A stretch of DNA of 64,000 nucleotides from Candidatus Hydrogenedentota bacterium (lineage in GTDB: Bacteria > Hydrogenedentota > Hydrogenedentia > Hydrogenedentales > SLHB01). The position numbers and the translations under genes are program-made. The notes beneath the pieces were generated by a model. The model searched no databases and was not told where the DNA came from. It saw only the letters and a program-made list of their open reading frames with translations. How positions within the stretch are numbered: the stretch's first letter is position 1; every line of letters begins with the position of its first letter. The DNA lies in NCBI GenBank assembly GCA_963668025.2, contig CAXXTH010000010.1, positions 864,001 to 928,000 on the forward strand, given 5' to 3'. Of this stretch, positions 1 through 10,077 are shown one piece after another.

Positions 1-552
1 CGCACCGCGACGCAGGTGATACTCGTGGGGGTCACGCAAGCGGGCATGATATTGAAAGCAGGGGTGGAAGCATCCTATACCAAGACAGATTTGGTGAATG
101 CGGGCTGCCCCTCGACATGGACAAGCGTATACCATTTTAAGGATCCGGAACGGGATATCGAATCGGCTGATATCAAATTGTACATGTGGGGCGGCCTGAC
201 GTACACGGACGAGGACGAGGAGCCTTGGCCGGCAACGGTGCCCCGTCTCAAGGCTGGGATCGAACGATTCTTTATTACCGACATCAACAATCCCGCAAGC
301 GCTGCTATGTCGGAGAGCGCCCTATTGGTGATGTTCGACTCGTGGGGCGCATCCCGGTATTGGGGCGGCGCGGGCTACAACGAAGTGCTCGGGTTCAACC
401 ATTCGCCGGGCGGCGCGAACCTGCTGTTCATGGACGGGCATGTCGAATTTGGCCGATATCCCAGCAAGTGGCTGCCCAAAGGCGACACTACAGCCCCGTT
501 AATGGCGGGCCAGACCGCGTACAACATGGCTACATGGGGCGGACAAGGCTGA
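1..552 (+). CDS. DUF1559 / H-X9-DG domain protein, C-terminal part (probably 5'-truncated by the window)
   Basis: C-terminal motif FNHSPGGANLLFMDGHVEF (H-X9-DG) typical of prepilin-type N-terminal cleavage proteins; frame is open from the window start. Confidence 0.8.
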   Translation, partial: RTATQVILVGVTQAGMILKAGVEASYTKTDLVNAGCPSTWTSVYHFKDPERDIESADIKLYMWGGLTYTDEDEEPWPATVPRLKAGIERFFITDINNPASAAMSESALLVMFDSWGASRYWGGAGYNEVLGFNHSPGGANLLFMDGHVEFGRYPSKWLPKGDTTAPLMAGQTAYNMATWGGQG

Positions 553-725
553 CGCTCCTAGTATCAAGTGGTTAGCGCGGCTTTCGTCTGGAAATGGGCC
601 CGAATGGATCATTCTGGATAGAGGCTTCTACTAAAAAGCAGATCTCGTGTGTTTGATAAGCAATGAGGGGTCTGTTGTCCTTTAAAAAGCTCAGAATACT
701 CTTGGAATGAATAGGGAGTGGCGGT

Positions 726-2755
726 GTGCGCACTATAGAATTAAACGAAACAGTATATCGGGATAAAGTCATGGGGTGCTGGCTGGGTAAAAACGCTGGC
801 GGCACCTTGGGCACTCCACTCGAGAAGGGCGTACGGATACCGCGAGCCGTTTAACCTATCGTTTTATACGCATATCCAAGAGGGCGGCTCCCCTAACGAT
901 GACCTAGAGCTTCAGATCATCTGGCTGATGGCCCTCGAGGAGCGCGGCCTTGGCATCACCTGCCGGGATTTGGCGGAGTATTGGCCCAATCATATTGGAT
1001 ATAATTTTGACGAGTATGGCTACTTCAAGCAAAATTTGCGTTCCGGCCTTTGTCCGCCGGTCGCCAGTTGGTTTAATAATCCTTTTCGGGATTGCATGGG
1101 CTCCCCCATTCGTTCGGAGATCTGGGCTTGCATTGCACCCGGCCTGCCCGATGTCGCCGCACACTATGCCTGGCATGACGCTATTTGTGACCATGCGGGC
1201 GGCGAATCCGTCTATGGCGAAATATTCAATGCCGTGCTGGAATCCGCGGCGTTCGTGGTTTCGGACCGGGAGGCCTTGCTGGATATTGGCTTATCCGCAA
1301 TTCCCGAGGAATGCAAGACGGCCCAGACTATCCGAAAGGCGCGGGAGGCGCATCGCCAAGGAATGAGCTGGCTCGATGCGCGCAACGCGGTCTTGGACTT
1401 CGCCTATCATTTTAACGCCCAGTATTCGCCGGTGAATCTGGGATTCCTCACCATAGGATGGCTGTATGGGGAGGATTTCGGCGATTCTCTGTGTAAAGCA
1501 GTGAATTGTGGATATGACACGGATTGCACCGCGGCCACGCTTGGGGCCATCCTCGGGATCATCAACGGCGCCAGCGCGCTTCCCGGGAAATGGATCAAGC
1601 CCCTTGGCAACACCATCGCCACCACGCCGCCGCCCGGCATCATGCACTTGGACAAGCCCAACACCACGGATGAATTGACGGACAGGGTCATCGTCATCGG
1701 GCGGCAGTTGCTGACCAAGCACTACAGCCGCATCCGTCTTGTGGAAGGAACGCCCTCCACGAATGGTTGCGACCCTAATGAGCTGGTGGGATGCGCATGC
1801 CATGCAGGCCATTTTAGGCCGTTCATATGACACTGTCGTTCATACGCTGAGTGCCGTCGAGGTATTGGTGCGTTATCCAGAAAAGCCGGGCATATCGATG
1901 TCCAAGCCGTTGAAGGTGCAAATCTCCCTGAAGAATCGTGGCCCTCAACCGCTGGTGGGCGTTCTTCGATTGCAGTTGCCTGATGGATTTAGCTGTGATA
2001 CGCCAGACCCGCAGCCTTTTAGGATCGACGGGAAGAGCCAGGCTTTCTTGGGCGTTTATAACGATCACGGCGGAGGAGCCATCTAGACTATTGAACGTCA
2101 ACCGGGCGTGGATCTTCCTCGATATCGAAAAACGTTCCTCCACGGAGGCTGTTCCGATCACCATGATTGGCGCTAAACGCTGGCAGGTCTCGAAGTTCTA
2201 TCCGGGGCAAACGCTCGATAACGAAGATGAGGGTCTAAACGGGAATGGATGCATGGAGCCAGATGCCGTGGCCGGACTGGTTCGGCAATGAACTGGATGC
2301 CGAGCCGTTCTTCCATCAAACGCCGGGGATTGGTTTATCTCCAGCATTACTTGTGGAATCCCCAGTCCCGGCCCGTTCGATTGTGTGTCGCTAACTCTTA
2401 CAAGATGAAGCAATGGGTCAACGGCGTCGAGCGGAACTACACCAAGAAAGTGGTTCCATGCCGCCCAGCGCTATGGGGGGATACGGATCCCGATCTCGAA
2501 TGGCAGACGGATGAAAATGGACACCGCCTTATTGGGCATATTAACAGCAACGATATGGAGCTCCCCTATGGCTGGAACCATATCCTCATCAAGCTTGAAC
2601 GGGGAGCCGAGCTTATCGAGGCATACTTTACCGTGGCGAGCCTTCCTGATTTCCACGGGCTGGACGATCTGGAGCAAACGCGCTTTCCATGGGACGCGCC
2701 CGGGCCGGAGTATGCCCGGCGGAACTACTCGGATGATTTCATTTTCGCGAAGTGA
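726..2755 (+). pseudogene. ADP-ribosylglycohydrolase family protein with C-terminal extension, broken by about 5 frameshifts (pseudogene or sequencing errors)
   Basis: GTG at 726 after AGGGAG reads VRTIELNETVYRDKVMGCWLGKNAGGTLG. It continues in another frame as PNDDLELQ...DCMGSPIRSEIWAC...GYDTDCTAATLGAILG, then through ORFs 1739-2086, 1938-2291 and 2249-2755. Confidence 0.8.
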
Positions 2756-5115
2756 GTGTTGGCGTTTTGGCATCTACAGCGAGGGATTTACCCATGCCAT
2801 TTCCGTTTCATTCGTGTTGGCGCATGACCCTATTCACATTCGCGGGTTTTATGCCGCTCATCCATGCGGCGGCCGGGCCGGATGTAGTTTCCTGGGATGA
2901 AGCCGTGCAGCAAGGCGCGTTTGTAAAAGATGGGCTGGAGTCGTTCCACAATCCGCAATATCAGTATGAGTGCCTTGGGCTTGGCGGAACCACTATGCGG
3001 GTGGGGCCTTATGGCTTCACGAGGCCGGGCGCTCATTGGGTGCATCCAAACGGCTACCTCGAACACCAGCCCTACTTGGCTTATCAATACTGGTGGGACG
3101 ACGAGGCGCACCGGCATATTCCTTTTGACCTTACAGGCGGATATGGCAAGGAACTCGAACCAGGGCAAATTACATCGTTTCATCAGAATCTAGACATTGC
3201 AAGCGGGCTGCTAACGATTGATCTGGACCTTCGCGCCGATCTGGTTGGGGCGGGCCTTTACGAAATCGGCCAGCATGCATTCCATTCCCGCCGCGAGATG
3301 TTCATCACGCCCGAGGGCGTGCTGGTGATACGTGTGGCGGACTCGCCCGAGGCCACGCTTCCATTCCAGATGCGCGTGGATGCCAACCAATGGGTGCGCA
3401 TCTATCTCAACATGGGCATATACAAAAAAGAGCACGAAAAATGGACGGGAACCGCCATTCAGAAGCCTAATGGCATGGTGATCACAGGCACTCGCCCGAA
3501 ATCATGTGTCGCGACGCTGGCCGTAGCCGTCGAAACTTCGGAGCCGTATGTTGACGAAAAAGCGTTTTTGTTGGGAGCATCCAAACCTGGGCAAGCCGTG
3601 ACGTTCTACATCGCGCCCGGTTCGTCGTATGAAAGTCCAGACCCAGCCGCCGCGGCATGGGCAAAAGCGGAACAAGCGCGCACACAGGGCTACGACGCCC
3701 AACGAAAAGCCACATCGGACTGGTGGGCGGCTTTTTACGGGCGTTCGGCGGTGAGCCTGCCAGACCGCACCCTTGCCACTTGGTACGCCCGGTCCATGTA
3801 TTACCACGGCGTATACTTTGGCAATACGGATATACCGCCTGGCTGCAACAGCACGAGCACCGAAAGCTTTGCCGGGGCCATATGCCCCGAATACGATTTG
3901 GTTCTCAGCCAAATGGCGCTCGTGTATACCAACCATTTTGACGAATCGCGGCGCGTGGTGGATTGGATCAACCGCGCCTTGCCCCGCGCCGAACAATACG
4001 CTAAAGAAGGCTTGACCCTGCATAACGTATCCGTCAAATACAGCGGCGGCGCGAAATATAGCTCACTCATGGGTTACGACGGCTCCATCCTGCTTCCTCC
4101 CACCGAGGGCGAAGGAGTGAACGCCTATGGAAACTTCGCGGGTATAAACGCCGCCGTGATGTCGCTCGCTTACCTGGATTGCTCCGGAGACGCCCGGTAT
4201 GAGGAACTCGCCAAACGCGTCCTTAAGGAAACCACCCAGGTGGCGCTCGAGGATCTCGAGTGGCGGCCCGACTTCAATGCCTACGTGGACAAGCATATGC
4301 CGAGTACCGTCCAGCAGACCGCCGCCATCTTCGGCGTGAAAGAATCCCTTCGCCGTGGCGTGGCCGAGCCAGACTGGGAAAAATATGCGGATAAGATCCT
4401 CCTGCCTACAGCGGATTTTGAGGGCGAAAAAGTCATGATTGTAGGCCCGGGCGGTGTCCCCATCCAAGATTATGGCGATGCGACCTGGATGATTCCGGTA
4501 TGGTGGTATTGCACCATGCAAGGAAACGACCCCATTGCCCGCGCCAGTTACGGCCTATTTCATCACTCGTTGACGGGCAATTATGTTTTCAATAACGGCT
4601 GGATGGGCGTATACGCCGCAAAGCTGCGCGATGGGGAGGAGGCTTTCCGCTGGGCGAGGCAGATGATTCAGCCGGGCGTCACGCTGTTTGATGACACCTG
4701 TTTCGGCGAGATTGTCGTGGACGCCGAGGACTTTAAGAAGACTCCGGAAATTGCCGCGCATGGCTCGCTCATCTGCAACATCACGCAGATGCTTCTCGAT
4801 CCGGATGCGGAGGACGCCATTACGGTTTTCCCGGCCATTCCCGCCGAATGGGAGGTAAAAGGCGTTGCGTTCAAGAATCTGGCCGCGAAAGGCGCTATTC
4901 TCGTGTCCGGCGAATTCCAGTCCTCAGCGGTGCGGGTCTCCATTGAAAACCGTTCAACGAAGGCCGCCACGCGAATCTTGCGCGTCCGGATGCCTCAAGG
5001 TGCTACGAAGCTACGCAACGCCCCGGACGGTGCGCGGTTCGAGGATGGCTGGGCGGTTATCGCCGGAGTGGAATTACCCCCGCAGCAATCGTTGCAGTTT
5101 ACATTTGAACCATAG
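2752..5115 (+). CDS. Putative secreted glycoside hydrolase, GH95/GH65-like (alpha/alpha)6 barrel
   Basis: 787 aa, signal-like N-terminus; motifs FHQNLDIASG, WWAAFYGRSAVSLPD and C-terminal ITVFPAIPAEW..FKNLAAKGAILVSG. Confidence 0.55.
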   Translation: MSVGVLASTARDLPMPFPFHSCWRMTLFTFAGFMPLIHAAAGPDVVSWDEAVQQGAFVKDGLESFHNPQYQYECLGLGGTTMRVGPYGFTRPGAHWVHPNGYLEHQPYLAYQYWWDDEAHRHIPFDLTGGYGKELEPGQITSFHQNLDIASGLLTIDLDLRADLVGAGLYEIGQHAFHSRREMFITPEGVLVIRVADSPEATLPFQMRVDANQWVRIYLNMGIYKKEHEKWTGTAIQKPNGMVITGTRPKSCVATLAVAVETSEPYVDEKAFLLGASKPGQAVTFYIAPGSSYESPDPAAAAWAKAEQARTQGYDAQRKATSDWWAAFYGRSAVSLPDRTLATWYARSMYYHGVYFGNTDIPPGCNSTSTESFAGAICPEYDLVLSQMALVYTNHFDESRRVVDWINRALPRAEQYAKEGLTLHNVSVKYSGGAKYSSLMGYDGSILLPPTEGEGVNAYGNFAGINAAVMSLAYLDCSGDARYEELAKRVLKETTQVALEDLEWRPDFNAYVDKHMPSTVQQTAAIFGVKESLRRGVAEPDWEKYADKILLPTADFEGEKVMIVGPGGVPIQDYGDATWMIPVWWYCTMQGNDPIARASYGLFHHSLTGNYVFNNGWMGVYAAKLRDGEEAFRWARQMIQPGVTLFDDTCFGEIVVDAEDFKKTPEIAAHGSLICNITQMLLDPDAEDAITVFPAIPAEWEVKGVAFKNLAAKGAILVSGEFQSSAVRVSIENRSTKAATRILRVRMPQGATKLRNAPDGARFEDGWAVIAGVELPPQQSLQFTFEP

Positions 5116-5358
5116 GATATATCCAAGGCTCACCCGGTGGATGGAGATAGTCCTATTGCCTGGTGCGGCCAGCAGGTTTTTAGCGGTTTTTATGCGGTAA
5201 ATTTGGCTTTTCTGAACATAAGGAGGGTGGTGATATCGTCTTTTTTTCTGGTGAGATCGTTGGAGCGGAGCCACGGTTCCTGCGCTAGAATACCCATTAT
5301 GGAATCGTGAATTTTGACGAGGGTGTTGTACAAAAAGGAAAACTGAGGAGGGCTTATA

Positions 5359-6093
5359 ATGAAGAGCGGATTTGGGCGGGTATTGTTTCTTTCGCTGCTC
5401 GCAGCAGGCATGCTGGCAGCCAATGCGTCTGCGGATACCCATTGGGTGGGAACCGTAAGTAATGATTGGGCCGATGCAGGGAACTGGGATAACGGGGTTC
5501 CTGCGGCAGGAGCGGGAAATGGCAATGCGATCGTCAATCCAGACGGCGTAAATGGCGATCCGGTCGTCAGCACCGCAGGCAACACCACCGACATAGGCGT
5601 GTATATTTCGATTAATGGTGTTGGAATGACCATTACTTCCGGAGGTGAATTAAATATCACGGACACGTTGGTAACTGGAGTATGGGGTGACAGCGGACTG
5701 GTTACCACGGCCGGGACACTTACTATTGGCGGTTATTTGAACGTAGGAGCGGGCGCATTTGATGGCGACCTGCTGATTACCGGCGGCACGGTGACGGCTG
5801 CGAATCTCTCGATCAACACCACCAACGGCGCAGGCATTGATATGACCGGCGGCCAGCTCATTTTCCCATCTTCAAATTTGGGCAATGTGAACTACTGGAT
5901 CGAGCATAGCAATATTACGGCATTCGGCGGCGCGGGGACGATAAATGTCGATGAGACGACTAGCCCCGGAAATATCATTCTTACGCCCGTTGGCGGTGAA
6001 GAAGAGAGTCTTCCTGCTGCTGGGATTTTGGGGCTTGGATTACTGGCGGTTTCGCTGGGCCTGGGCGCACGCTCGGTGTTGCGCAAGAAATAG
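5359..6093 (+). CDS. Secreted Gly/Thr/Asn-rich beta-helix-like protein with CTERM-type sorting tail
   Basis: Signal peptide ending ASA, W-x-G...W-x-x-A-G-N-W start; tail LPAAG + hydrophobic helix + RKK; RBS GAGGAG. Confidence 0.7.
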   Translation: MKSGFGRVLFLSLLAAGMLAANASADTHWVGTVSNDWADAGNWDNGVPAAGAGNGNAIVNPDGVNGDPVVSTAGNTTDIGVYISINGVGMTITSGGELNITDTLVTGVWGDSGLVTTAGTLTIGGYLNVGAGAFDGDLLITGGTVTAANLSINTTNGAGIDMTGGQLIFPSSNLGNVNYWIEHSNITAFGGAGTINVDETTSPGNIILTPVGGEEESLPAAGILGLGLLAVSLGLGARSVLRKK

Positions 6094-6103
6094 CCAATAC
6101 ATC

Positions 6104-6140
6104 AAGAAGGCCGCCACGGCATTTGATGGCGGCCTTCTTT
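6104..6140 (+). terminator. Rho-independent terminator
   Basis: AAGAAGGCCGCCA-loop-TGGCGGCCTTCTTT directly after the stop at 6093. Confidence 0.75.
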
Positions 6141-6147
6141 AATGATG

Positions 6148-6199
6148 CCGTGGCATGGGCGTCCCGCCCATGTCCATGGCCGAGACGGCCATGCTACGG
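6148..6199. repeat. REP doublet (GTRGCATGG...CCATG family)
   Basis: CCGTGGCATGGGCGTCCCGCCCATG plus inverted CATGGCCGAGACGGCCATGCTACGG; related copies at 10008 and about 12212. Confidence 0.65.
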
Positions 6200-6257
6200 A
6201 AGGGGAAAATCCGTCTGCTTGGCTGCATCTGATCTTGAATCGCTCTAATCGTTAAAT

Positions 6258-6279
6258 GGTGGGGCAAGCCCCACCCTAC
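6258..6279 (-). repeat. GTAG-type REP identical to those flanking the RAYT gene
   Basis: GGTGGGGCAAGCCCCACCCTAC is identical to 45193-45214 and the reverse complement of 44597-44618. Confidence 0.85.
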
Positions 6280-6356
6280 AACATCCCAGTAATATTTTAG
6301 TGTATTTACTGCATTTCGTGGTCTCAAATCCGGATCTTTATGGGAAAGGGGGCGTT

Positions 6357-7931
6357 ATGAAAGGCGCGGCTGTATTGGCGCTGGTTCTGTTAGGCATGCC
6401 ATTGGCGGATACTCATGCAGAGGAAGCCGATATGCGCATTCAAATGGATGTAAACCATCTGGACCGGCTGACGCAGGCCAACATGCGTGTGGCGGCAAAG
6501 AAGGCCAATGTCGATAGCGATCCGTACAAACCGATATTCCACCTCATGCCCGAGGCGGGTGGTTGCGGTGATCCCAATGGTCCGATCTACGCCAAAGGCA
6601 AGTACCATATGTTTTTCCAGCATTCCCCAGAGCTCGAATGGGGCGTGCCGCCGGAAAAATGGGAGGGAGGCCAGCCAGGTTATAGCGGCACCGGCTGGGG
6701 GCACGTATCGAGCGTGGATGGCGTGTATTGGGAGCATGAACCGATTGCGCTCATGCCCGAACGAGGCTCGTATGACCCCAATCTCTGCGCGTCGGGTTCG
6801 GCGGTGATTGCCGATGATGGCACGCCGACGATCTTCTATACCGCCGCTGAACCGCAAACGCAGTGTATCGCGCGCAGCCAAGACCCCAATCTGCACTGGT
6901 GGCTGAAAGATGAAAACAATCCCATACTCGTGGAGCCGGATATCCCCAACTTCGTGAAGGGCGGCTTCCGCGACCCCTTCCTCTGGCGCGAGGGCGCTAC
7001 CTGGAATATGATCGTCTGTGGGGCTGTCCGGGGAGTGGGCGGCATGGTGCCCCATTTCCAGTCGGAAAATCTGACCGATTGGACTTATGTCGGGCCTTTC
7101 GCAGCCGGAATGGGCGAGCACTGCATCGCATGGGAAGTCCCCACTTTCATCCGTTTTGGCGGCATGGGCGTTCTCATTGTGTCGCCTCTCTTCGACAATT
7201 TACAAGATACCGATCATGCGCCGCGAGGCGATGTGTCTTATACGATTGCCCCATATGGCGGCAATAGCGATATCAAGCCGGGCGCGTGGAAACGCTTGGA
7301 TATGGGCAGCCCTAACCACTTTTGTGCGACGCAATGCATGCAGGCGCCGGATGGGCGCTGGCTGCTTTGGGGGATGAATCAAGGCGGCAGTTCGGAGGGG
7401 CATCATTGGTCCACGAATCTGTCCCTGCCCCGTGTCATCACACTGCGTCCTGATGGCCTGCTGGGACAAGAACCGCCGGAAGAATTGCAAAAACTGCGCC
7501 GGGCGCATTGGGGCGCGGCGGAGCAAGCCCTTGACGGCGAATACCGGTTAGGCATCGACAGCAATACCTGTGAGATCCTCGCCGAGATTGAACTGGGCGG
7601 CGCAAGCATCGTCGGACTGGATGTTCGCGGCGCTGGCGACTTCAGTACGAAGAGCCGCATCGCATACGATGTGGCGAATCGAAAACTCAACCTTGATGCC
7701 CACAGCGCCGATTTTGAGTTACTGCCAGGCGAGGATGTGCTGAGAATCCATGCTTTCGTGGACCGCAGTGTTTTCGAAGTGTTCATCAACCGCAGGGAAT
7801 GCGGCACGTTCCGGCCTATGTACAATATCGAAGACAAGGCGATACGCCTGTTCAGTGAAGGCGGCGCCGCGCATATCCGTTCCGTCGATGTCTGGGAAAT
7901 GGGCTCGATTTGGGCGAAGGAAGCGAAGTGA
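6357..7931 (+). CDS. Glycoside hydrolase family 32 (beta-fructofuranosidase-like), secreted
   Basis: Catalytic motifs GDPNG, FRDP and WEVP; C-terminal FVDRSVFEVF; signal peptide from ATG 6357. Confidence 0.85.
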   Translation: MKGAAVLALVLLGMPLADTHAEEADMRIQMDVNHLDRLTQANMRVAAKKANVDSDPYKPIFHLMPEAGGCGDPNGPIYAKGKYHMFFQHSPELEWGVPPEKWEGGQPGYSGTGWGHVSSVDGVYWEHEPIALMPERGSYDPNLCASGSAVIADDGTPTIFYTAAEPQTQCIARSQDPNLHWWLKDENNPILVEPDIPNFVKGGFRDPFLWREGATWNMIVCGAVRGVGGMVPHFQSENLTDWTYVGPFAAGMGEHCIAWEVPTFIRFGGMGVLIVSPLFDNLQDTDHAPRGDVSYTIAPYGGNSDIKPGAWKRLDMGSPNHFCATQCMQAPDGRWLLWGMNQGGSSEGHHWSTNLSLPRVITLRPDGLLGQEPPEELQKLRRAHWGAAEQALDGEYRLGIDSNTCEILAEIELGGASIVGLDVRGAGDFSTKSRIAYDVANRKLNLDAHSADFELLPGEDVLRIHAFVDRSVFEVFINRRECGTFRPMYNIEDKAIRLFSEGGAAHIRSVDVWEMGSIWAKEAK

Positions 7932-7939
7932 CAGCCTTC

Positions 7940-8106
7940 TTTCACCACGGGGACACGGGGAGGCACGGGGAACGTGATTGTGGTCAAAAGTAAATACCAA
8001 TAATACCGCCAATGAACCATCAGAAAATGCGGCATGCGTTCAAGAAATTATAGGCTTAGAGACATGGCATGCGTTCCCCCGTGTTCTCCGTGTCCCTGTG
8101 GTGAAA
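7940..8106. repeat. Inverted pair of ~9-nt-periodic repeats (MITE-like)
   Basis: TTCACCACGGGGACACGGGGAGGCACGGGGAACG ... CGTTCCCCCGTGTTCTCCGTGTCCCTGTGGTGAAA. Confidence 0.7.
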
Positions 8107-8123
8107 ATTCAATCACAGGCCGC

Positions 8124-9959
8124 TTACTCACCTTCATCACAGGCCCAGAGATTTCGATAGAATTTCCCTGTTTCCATGAGTTCATCATGGGCGCCTGATT
8201 CCAGGACGCGGCCTGCTTCGAGCACGTAGATGCGGTCGGCGGTGCGGGCGGTTCTTATATTATGGGCCACCACAATTTGGGTCCGGTTTCTGTATGCCTC
8301 ATCAATCTTCTTGATGACCTGTGTCTCGGTGAGCGGGTCTAGCGCGGAGGTCGCCTCGTCAAGAATCAGAATCGGGGCCTCGCGCACCAGCGCGCGTGCT
8401 ATGCATAGCCGCTGTTTTTGCCCGCCGGAAATGGAGCCGCCCTCGGCCAGCACCGTCGCATAACCCTCCCGCATTGGCGCGACAAACTCATCGACATGTG
8501 CGATGGCGGCCGCCCGAAGGACTGCTTCGTGCGAAGCGGTGGGTTTCCCGTAGCGGATATTTTGCTCAATGCTCTCGGTGAAGGTGTTGATGGCATCCGT
8601 CACGATAGCCATGTTCTGGCGAAGGCTCTCCTGCGTTACCTCCCGGTACGGAATATCGTCTATGAGGAGTTCGCCTTCGGCGGGATCGTAGAGGCGCACG
8701 AGCAATGCGCACAGGGTGGATTTGCCTGCGCCATTGGGTCCGACAAGGGCCACCTTTTCACCGGGGTGAACGGTCATCGATATGTTCTTCAACACGGGAA
8801 TGTTGTTGGCATAGGCAAAGGAGACATTGCGCAGTTCGATTTTCCCTTTGGCGTTGTTTAGTGGTTGTGCGCCGGGGGCGTCATTGATCTGGGGGGCGAT
8901 GGCGAGTGTTTCCACCATGCGTTCGCCTGGAACGAGTTTTTGCCGGATCAATTGAAAAGTGATGATGGCTTCTTGAAAGGGTGTGGCGAATTGGGCGATT
9001 AGCCCAGCGCCTGGAAGGCAAAGGGCCGTGTATTCGCCGACGGTCAGGTGTTTGTTAAACACAAGGGAGCCAGTGAAGAATGTTAGAATCCCCAAATAAA
9101 TAGGAAGCATGGAAGTGGAGATCAACATGTCGCACCACGTATAGAGCGTACGCGAAAAATCCGCCGCCACGAGTTTGCCTGCTTGCGAGACATACCATCG
9201 TTTGGATGTTCGTTCGAGCGTGTAGCTCTTGATGAGTTTGAACGGAAATAGAATCTCGCGCAAGACGGAATCCGTTCGCTGGGATTCCACGCGATAGCGC
9301 CGGTCCCACGTACGCACCCGGGTGGTAAGCCAGTGTTTGACCGCGAAGAAAATGATCAAGTAGACGCAATTGGGAAGGAGCAGCCAGGCATCAAATTTCA
9401 TGACGAGCACCAGCACGAGAAGCGTGATGCGTTGTACGGCCGCGAATATTTTGGGAATGACCTCCGAGGCCAGATAGGCGGCATCGTCCACATCGGTCGT
9501 GCAGCGGAACATATGCTCGCCCACGGGGCGCTGGGCGTAAAAATCCATCGAAAGGGCTTGCATGTGCTTGTAGAATTGGACTTTCATGTCCAATGCGATG
9601 CGCGACATGGTGTAGGCGGACATGATATTTGCGGGCAGCGGCTGTTGGTCGCTCCTGTCGGTGCCTGCAATCAGGCCGATTGCCTGGCCGAGCAGCATGG
9701 CCGTAAAAATGAGTGCGGCGGTCTGAATGACCAGCGGGAAATCCTTGCTTGGAAACGCCGTGTCGATGAGCATGGCCGTTAGCATAATCGGCACGACGCT
9801 CATGGTGGTGGCGGCGATGGATGCGGCAAATCGAAGCAGGACTTTGTCCCAATAGGGCAGCGCATACCGCTGAAGGCGCAGCAGCAGCCGCAAGCGTTCG
9901 CCTGTGCTTAACGCGCTTGATTCAATGATGGCTTTGCTTTGAACATCCAGGTGGATCAT
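8124..9959 (-). CDS. ABC exporter, fused permease/ATP-binding protein
   Basis: N-terminal TM domain; Walker A GPNGAGKST, signature ISGGQKQR, Walker B ILILDEATSALD. Confidence 0.92.
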   Translation of the reverse strand: MIHLDVQSKAIIESSALSTGERLRLLLRLQRYALPYWDKVLLRFAASIAATTMSVVPIMLTAMLIDTAFPSKDFPLVIQTAALIFTAMLLGQAIGLIAGTDRSDQQPLPANIMSAYTMSRIALDMKVQFYKHMQALSMDFYAQRPVGEHMFRCTTDVDDAAYLASEVIPKIFAAVQRITLLVLVLVMKFDAWLLLPNCVYLIIFFAVKHWLTTRVRTWDRRYRVESQRTDSVLREILFPFKLIKSYTLERTSKRWYVSQAGKLVAADFSRTLYTWCDMLISTSMLPIYLGILTFFTGSLVFNKHLTVGEYTALCLPGAGLIAQFATPFQEAIITFQLIRQKLVPGERMVETLAIAPQINDAPGAQPLNNAKGKIELRNVSFAYANNIPVLKNISMTVHPGEKVALVGPNGAGKSTLCALLVRLYDPAEGELLIDDIPYREVTQESLRQNMAIVTDAINTFTESIEQNIRYGKPTASHEAVLRAAAIAHVDEFVAPMREGYATVLAEGGSISGGQKQRLCIARALVREAPILILDEATSALDPLTETQVIKKIDEAYRNRTQIVVAHNIRTARTADRIYVLEAGRVLESGAHDELMETGKFYRNLWACDEGE

Positions 9960-10007
9960 AGGTTTTCGCTTAGCACAACGCCGTCCTGAGCTATTTCAAT
10001 TATCTCG

Positions 10008-10040
10008 CCCGTGGCATGGGCGTCCCGCCCATGCCACGGG
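10008..10040. repeat. REP-like palindrome
   Basis: CCCGTGGCATGGGCGTCCCGCCCATGCCACGGG perfect hairpin, same core as 6148. Confidence 0.7.
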
Positions 10041-10077
10041 AAGACATCTCTCTTTTTGTTTTTTCGGTGATCCGGGC

